Sequence record: PZ544513.1
DNA length: 39,595 nt
Direction: 5' to 3' (one strand)
Source: a phage
Positions 35,698 through 39,595 of this stretch are shown piece after piece. Position 1 is the first letter of the stretch; each line of letters opens with the position of its first letter. The notes beneath the pieces were generated by a model. The model was given only the letters and a program-made list of their open reading frames with translations, did no database searches and was not told the DNA's origin. Made by a program: the position numbers and the translations under genes.

Positions 35698-38229
35698 ATG
35701 TCCACGATTACACAATTCCCTTCAGGAAACACTCAGTACAGGATTGAGTTCGACTACCTAGCCAGAACGTTTGTTGTTGTTACGCTGGTGAATAGCTCTA
35801 ACCCTACCCTGAACCGTGTACTGGAAGTTGGTCGAGATTACCGATTCCTTAATCCAACGATGATTGAGATGTTGGTTGACCAATCAGGTTTCGACATAGT
35901 TCGTATTCACCGTCAGACTGGAACTGACTTAGTGGTAGATTTCAGGAATGGCTCAGTGTTGACAGCTAGTGACCTGACCAATTCAGAGCTTCAGGCTATC
36001 CATATTGCAGAAGAAGGTCGAGACCAAACGGTTGACTTAGCGAAGGAATATGCCGATGCTGCTGGTAGCTCTGCTGGCAACGCTAAGGATAGCGAGGACG
36101 AAGCACGCCGAATCGCTGCGAGTATCAGGGAAGCTGGTCTAATTGGCTATATTACCCGTCGCTCCTTCGAGAAAGGCTACAACGTTACAACATGGAGCGA
36201 GGTCCTGCTATGGGAAGAGGATGGTGATTATTACCGCTGGGATGGTACGCTTCCAAAGAACGTTCCTGCTGGTTCAACTCCTGAAACTTCCGGTGGGATT
36301 GGATTAGGTGCGTGGGTTAGTGTTGGTGATGCTGCTTTAAGAAGTCAGATTTCAAACCCGGAAGGGGCAATACTCTACCCGGAATTGCAGATGGCAAGAT
36401 GGCGTGATGAGGGTGATGTTCGAGGCTGGGGTGCTAAAGGGGATGGTGTAACAGATAGTACGGAGAATATAGCTGCTTCACTAAATTCTCAAAAAGCTGT
36501 CGTAGCATCAGAAGGTGTATTCTCTAGTTCTGGTATTAATAGTAATTACTGTAACTTAGACGGTAGAGGTAGTGGCGTGCTAAGTCACCGTTCCAGTACA
36601 GGTAACTACTTAGTATTTAACAATCCACGTACAGGTCGCTTAAGTAATATTACGGTAGAAAGTAATAAGGCGACTGATACAACTCAGGGACATCAGGTAT
36701 CTCTTGCCGGTGGAAGTGATGTTACTGTAAGTGACGTTAACTTCTCAAACGTTAAAGGTACTGGTTTAAGTTTAATCGCATACCCTAATGATGCGCCACC
36801 TGATGGACTTATGATTAAAGGCATTCGAGGTAGCTATTCCGGATATGCTACTAATAAGGTAGCAGGATGCGTACTTGCTGACTCATCAGTTAACTCCCTC
36901 ATAGATAACGTCATTGCTAAGAACTACCCTCAGTTCGGAGCAGTAGAGTTGAAAGGTACAGCCAGTTACAACATAGTAAGTAATGTTATAGGGGCAGATT
37001 GCCAGCATGTAACTTACAACGGCACTGAAGGGCCAATAGCTCCTTCTAATAACCTTATCAAGGGGGTGATGGCTAATAACCCTAAGTATGCAGCGGTTGT
37101 TGCAGGCAAAGGAAGTACGAACTTAATCTCAGACGTGCTCGTAGATTACTCAACTTCTGATGCTAGGCAGGCTCATGGTGTTACCGTAGAAGGGTCTGAT
37201 AACGTCATAAATAATGTGCTTATGTCAGGATGTGATGGTACTAACTCTTTAGGACAAGGGCAGGCTGCTACAATTGCACGCTTTATAGGTACAGCTAATA
37301 ACAACTATGCGTCTGTATTTCCTAGCTACAGTGCTACAGGTGTTATTACTTTCGAATCCGGCTCTACCCGTAACTTCGTAGAGGTAAAGCACCCTGGAAG
37401 GAGGAACGACCTTCTCAGTTCTGCTAGTACTATTGACGGTGCAGCTACTATTGACGGCACTAATAATAGTAACGTAGTGCACGCACCCGCCTTAGGGCAG
37501 TACATAGGTAGTATGTCAGGTAGGTTCGAATGGAGGATTAAGTCCATGTCACTCCCTTCAGGCGTTCTTACTTCTGCTGATAAGTACAGAATGCTTGGTG
37601 ATGGTGCTGTATCATTAGCTTTAGGTGGGGGTACTTCTTCTCAAGTTCGCCTATTTACTTCTGATGGTACTTCTCGGACAGTGTCCCTAACCAACGGTAA
37701 CGTGCGTCTTTCTACCAGTAGCACAGGCTATTTGCAGTTAGGTGCTGATGCAATGACCCCAGATAGTACTGGTACATACTCATTAGGTTCCGCCAGTCGA
37801 GCATGGTCTGGCGGTTTTACTCAAGCAGCATTCACTGTTACCTCAGATGCTCGGTGTAAAACAGAACCTCTTACTATCTCAGATGCCTTACTGGATGCTT
37901 GGTCTGAAGTTGACTTTGTGCAGTTTCAGTATTTGGATCGTGTTGAGGAGAAGGGTGCAGACTCAGCTAGATGGCACTTTGGCATCATAGCTCAGCGAGC
38001 TAAGGAGGCTTTCGAACGTCACGGTATAGATGCACATCGCTATGGCTTCTTATGCTTCGACAGTTGGGATGATGTATACGAGGAAGATGCCAATGGCTCT
38101 CGTAGACTGATTACACCAGCAGGTTCCCGCTACGGTATTCGTTACGAGGAAGTACTGATATTAGAGGCTGCGTTGATGCGGCGGACTATTAAGCGTATGC
38201 AGGAAGCATTAGCTGTTATGTCTAAGTGA
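35698..38229 (+). CDS. 17: Tail fiber / tailspike: T7 gp17-like N-terminal adaptor, central putative beta-helix enzymatic domain, C-terminal S74-type intramolecular chaperone
   Basis: N-terminal 150 aa colinear with T7 gp17 (F.YLAR.FVVVTL, DYRF, LRAYDL / LTASDL, IHIAEE.RD); C-terminus SDARCKTEP...WHFGIIAQRAKEAF resembles recalled chaperone-of-endosialidase autoproteolytic domains; AT-rich middle. Confidence 0.9.
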   Translation: MSTITQFPSGNTQYRIEFDYLARTFVVVTLVNSSNPTLNRVLEVGRDYRFLNPTMIEMLVDQSGFDIVRIHRQTGTDLVVDFRNGSVLTASDLTNSELQAIHIAEEGRDQTVDLAKEYADAAGSSAGNAKDSEDEARRIAASIREAGLIGYITRRSFEKGYNVTTWSEVLLWEEDGDYYRWDGTLPKNVPAGSTPETSGGIGLGAWVSVGDAALRSQISNPEGAILYPELQMARWRDEGDVRGWGAKGDGVTDSTENIAASLNSQKAVVASEGVFSSSGINSNYCNLDGRGSGVLSHRSSTGNYLVFNNPRTGRLSNITVESNKATDTTQGHQVSLAGGSDVTVSDVNFSNVKGTGLSLIAYPNDAPPDGLMIKGIRGSYSGYATNKVAGCVLADSSVNSLIDNVIAKNYPQFGAVELKGTASYNIVSNVIGADCQHVTYNGTEGPIAPSNNLIKGVMANNPKYAAVVAGKGSTNLISDVLVDYSTSDARQAHGVTVEGSDNVINNVLMSGCDGTNSLGQGQAATIARFIGTANNNYASVFPSYSATGVITFESGSTRNFVEVKHPGRRNDLLSSASTIDGAATIDGTNNSNVVHAPALGQYIGSMSGRFEWRIKSMSLPSGVLTSADKYRMLGDGAVSLALGGGTSSQVRLFTSDGTSRTVSLTNGNVRLSTSSTGYLQLGADAMTPDSTGTYSLGSASRAWSGGFTQAAFTVTSDARCKTEPLTISDALLDAWSEVDFVQFQYLDRVEEKGADSARWHFGIIAQRAKEAFERHGIDAHRYGFLCFDSWDDVYEEDANGSRRLITPAGSRYGIRYEEVLILEAALMRRTIKRMQEALAVMSK

Positions 38230-38444
38230 GTAATACTGGTACGGTATTTTCGCACAATGAAATCGTTGAACACACTGACGAGGAGGGTAATGTCACTACT
38301 ACGGAAGAACCTGTATACACCGAGGTGGTTATTCACGAAGAGGGTGAGGAGTGGGGGGTGTTCGGCCTGACGGAATTTTCTTTGCTGAAGCCGCTTATCA
38401 GAGAAGAAACTGGAAAGAATCGAAGCCAGACTTTCTGCTCTTGA
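38226..38444 (+). CDS. Hypothetical acidic protein (72 aa, GTG start); doubtful
   Basis: GTG overlaps the gene 17 stop (GTGA); Glu-rich; no RBS; overlaps another candidate ORF (38351..38569). Confidence 0.25.
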   Translation: MSNTGTVFSHNEIVEHTDEEGNVTTTEEPVYTEVVIHEEGEEWGVFGLTEFSLLKPLIREETGKNRSQTFCS

Positions 38445-38565
38445 ACAGAAGTAATAAACAAAATCACTTTGCCATTAGGTTGGTGGGGGTAGAGACTAAC
38501 TACACGCTAACCAACGTATGTAACAACTTTGGGTCACGGACGACCCGCTTTAAACTGGAGGTTTT

Positions 38566-38760
38566 ATGATTGAGTTAGACTTCAAGAATGAGGTCCTTAA
38601 AGCCTCTCCTATCGTCGGGACCGCTGCGGCTGATGGTGCCAGTCGGTTCTTCTTCGGACTTACACTGAACGAATGGTTCTACGTTGCAGCTATCGCGTAC
38701 ACCGTTGTCCAGATTGGTGTGCTAGTCTACAAAACGATTAAAGGAGGTGGTAAAACATGA
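38566..38760 (+). CDS. 17.5: Type II holin (T7 gp17.5 homolog)
   Basis: ASPIVGTAAADGASRFFFGLTLNEWFYVAAIAYTVVQIG is near-identical to recalled T7 gp17.5; RBS CTGGAGG. Confidence 0.93.
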   Translation: MIELDFKNEVLKASPIVGTAAADGASRFFFGLTLNEWFYVAAIAYTVVQIGVLVYKTIKGGGKT

Positions 38761-39020
38761 CGCAGATGGACTTAGAGAAGTTCCTCTTGATGCTTGATAC
38801 TGAACGTGCTAGACTCATGCTGCAAGACCTGCGGGATGACTCTAAGCGTTCACCTCAGCTTTACAACGCCATTGAGAAGCTACTGGCTCGTCACAACTTC
38901 GTGCTAAGTAAGGTGTCTGTGGACGAGAAGACGCTGGCTGATATGGAGGCCCTGAACGCAGAGTACGATAAGGTGCTTTCAGCGACTGAGGATAATGACA
39001 CCGGGTATGGCGTTCAATAA
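38757..39020 (+). CDS. 18: Small terminase subunit (T7 gp18 homolog)
   Basis: 87 aa; LLMLDTERARLMLQDLRDDSKRSPQLYNAIEKLLARHNF aligns with recalled T7 gp18 (FLEMLDTAMAQRMLADLSDHERRSPQLYNAIDKLLDRHKF). Confidence 0.93.
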   Translation: MTQMDLEKFLLMLDTERARLMLQDLRDDSKRSPQLYNAIEKLLARHNFVLSKVSVDEKTLADMEALNAEYDKVLSATEDNDTGYGVQ

Positions 39021-39023
39021 GTG

Positions 39024-39066
39024 TTAGACTCAAGGTCATCGTCAGGTGGCCTTTATGGTTAACACT
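39024..39066 (+). other. Conserved leader hairpin AGACTCAAGGTCA-loop-TGGCCTT (putative RNase III site, R18.5-like position)
   Basis: Third copy of the hairpin family, between gene 18 and the spanin gene. Confidence 0.45.
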
Positions 39067-39116
39067 AACTAGTGGAGGAGGCTCTACGTGAAATCTGATA
39101 AACCGGGAGGGCAACT

Positions 39117-39566
39117 ATGCTCGAATTTTTAAAGAGAGCGGCTCCGTGGGTACTTGCAGCAGTGATGTTTGCTGGTGGCTACCACACCGCTAACAATAAG
39201 TGGGAGGCTAAGGTCAATGAAGAATACACCTCGAATCTTAAGGCATCGGAAGATACAAGGCTTGCTGTCCAAGCTGAAGTCAACAAAGTGTCCAAACGGT
39301 TTCAGGACGAAATGTCCTCGCTGGAAGGCAGCACTGATAGGATTATTGCTGACCTTCAGTCTGACAATAAGCGGTTGCGCATCCGAGTCAAACCAACGAG
39401 TGGAACCACGCAAAGTGACGGTCGATGCTTCATTGATGGTTACGCCGAACTTGACGAACGAGATGCTAAACGTCTTATCGCCATCGGAGTGAAAGGAGAC
39501 AAGTGGATTAAGGCCCTTCAAGACACTGTGAGAGCCTTACAGCAAGAGAAGGAGGTGACGCATTGA
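39117..39566 (+). CDS. 18.5: i-spanin Rz (T7 gp18.5 homolog)
   Basis: 149 aa; N-terminal transmembrane segment AAPWVLAAVMFAGGY followed by charged coiled-coil-like periplasmic domain; RBS GGGAGGG. Confidence 0.88.
   Translation: MLEFLKRAAPWVLAAVMFAGGYHTANNKWEAKVNEEYTSNLKASEDTRLAVQAEVNKVSKRFQDEMSSLEGSTDRIIADLQSDNKRLRIRVKPTSGTTQSDGRCFIDGYAELDERDAKRLIAIGVKGDKWIKALQDTVRALQQEKEVTH
39214..39492 (+). CDS. Putative o-spanin Rz1 (gp18.7-like) embedded in the +1 frame of Rz; start codon uncertain
   Basis: Embedded frame encodes ...RWKAALIGLLLTFSLTISGC with a lipobox (ISGC) and Cys at about 39376; no canonical start immediately upstream of the signal peptide, so the N-terminus is unresolved. Confidence 0.3.
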   Translation, partial: SMKNTPRILRHRKIQGLLSKLKSTKCPNGFRTKCPRWKAALIGLLLTFSLTISGCASESNQRVEPRKVTVDASLMVTPNLTNEMLNVLSPSE

Positions 39567-39595
39567 GTAAAGACTTAGTGGCGCGTCAGGCGCTA
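39563..39595 (+). CDS. 19: Large terminase subunit (gp19) 5-prime end; continues at window position 1
   Basis: TTG at 39563 preceded by GAAGGAGG (39548-39555); frame continues without stop to the window end and joins the frame of the ORF at 1..1731, giving [21 protein letters not shown]... which aligns with the recalled T7 gp19 N-terminus. Confidence 0.6.
   Translation, partial: MSKDLVARQAL

Noticed and set aside
38351-38569. 72-aa + strand ORF (GTG start) upstream of the holin gene
   Set aside because: No spaced RBS, GTG start, and it overlaps the other candidate ORF in the same gap; kept only as a discussion point.

Overview
The window is a complete, circularly permuted genome of a T7-like podophage (Autographiviridae, T7/T3 gene order), with every credible gene on the + strand. 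The large terminase gene (gene 19) wraps around the window ends: it starts at 39563 and continues at 1..1731. The physical genome ends sit at about 2587, where two tandem 149-bp copies of the direct terminal repeat meet. Downstream lie putative host sigma70 promoters, an early region with an Ocr homolog and several orphan genes, then the T7-type RNA polymerase, DNA metabolism genes, structural genes and the lysis/packaging genes. Eleven phage promoters share the consensus CTAAACTATCACTATAGGGA, and a T-phi-like terminator follows the capsid gene. No T7 gene 0.7 kinase, 4.5 or 5.9 homolog was found. No CRISPR array, integrase or transposon is present, and I did not find a clearly novel multi-gene system. 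The most interesting items are a tRNA-like element before the primase gene, accessory ORFs inserted between conserved genes, a capsid -1 frameshift site, and a mosaic enzymatic tail fiber. All protein identifications rest on reading the translations and on recalled T7 sequences, not on database searches.
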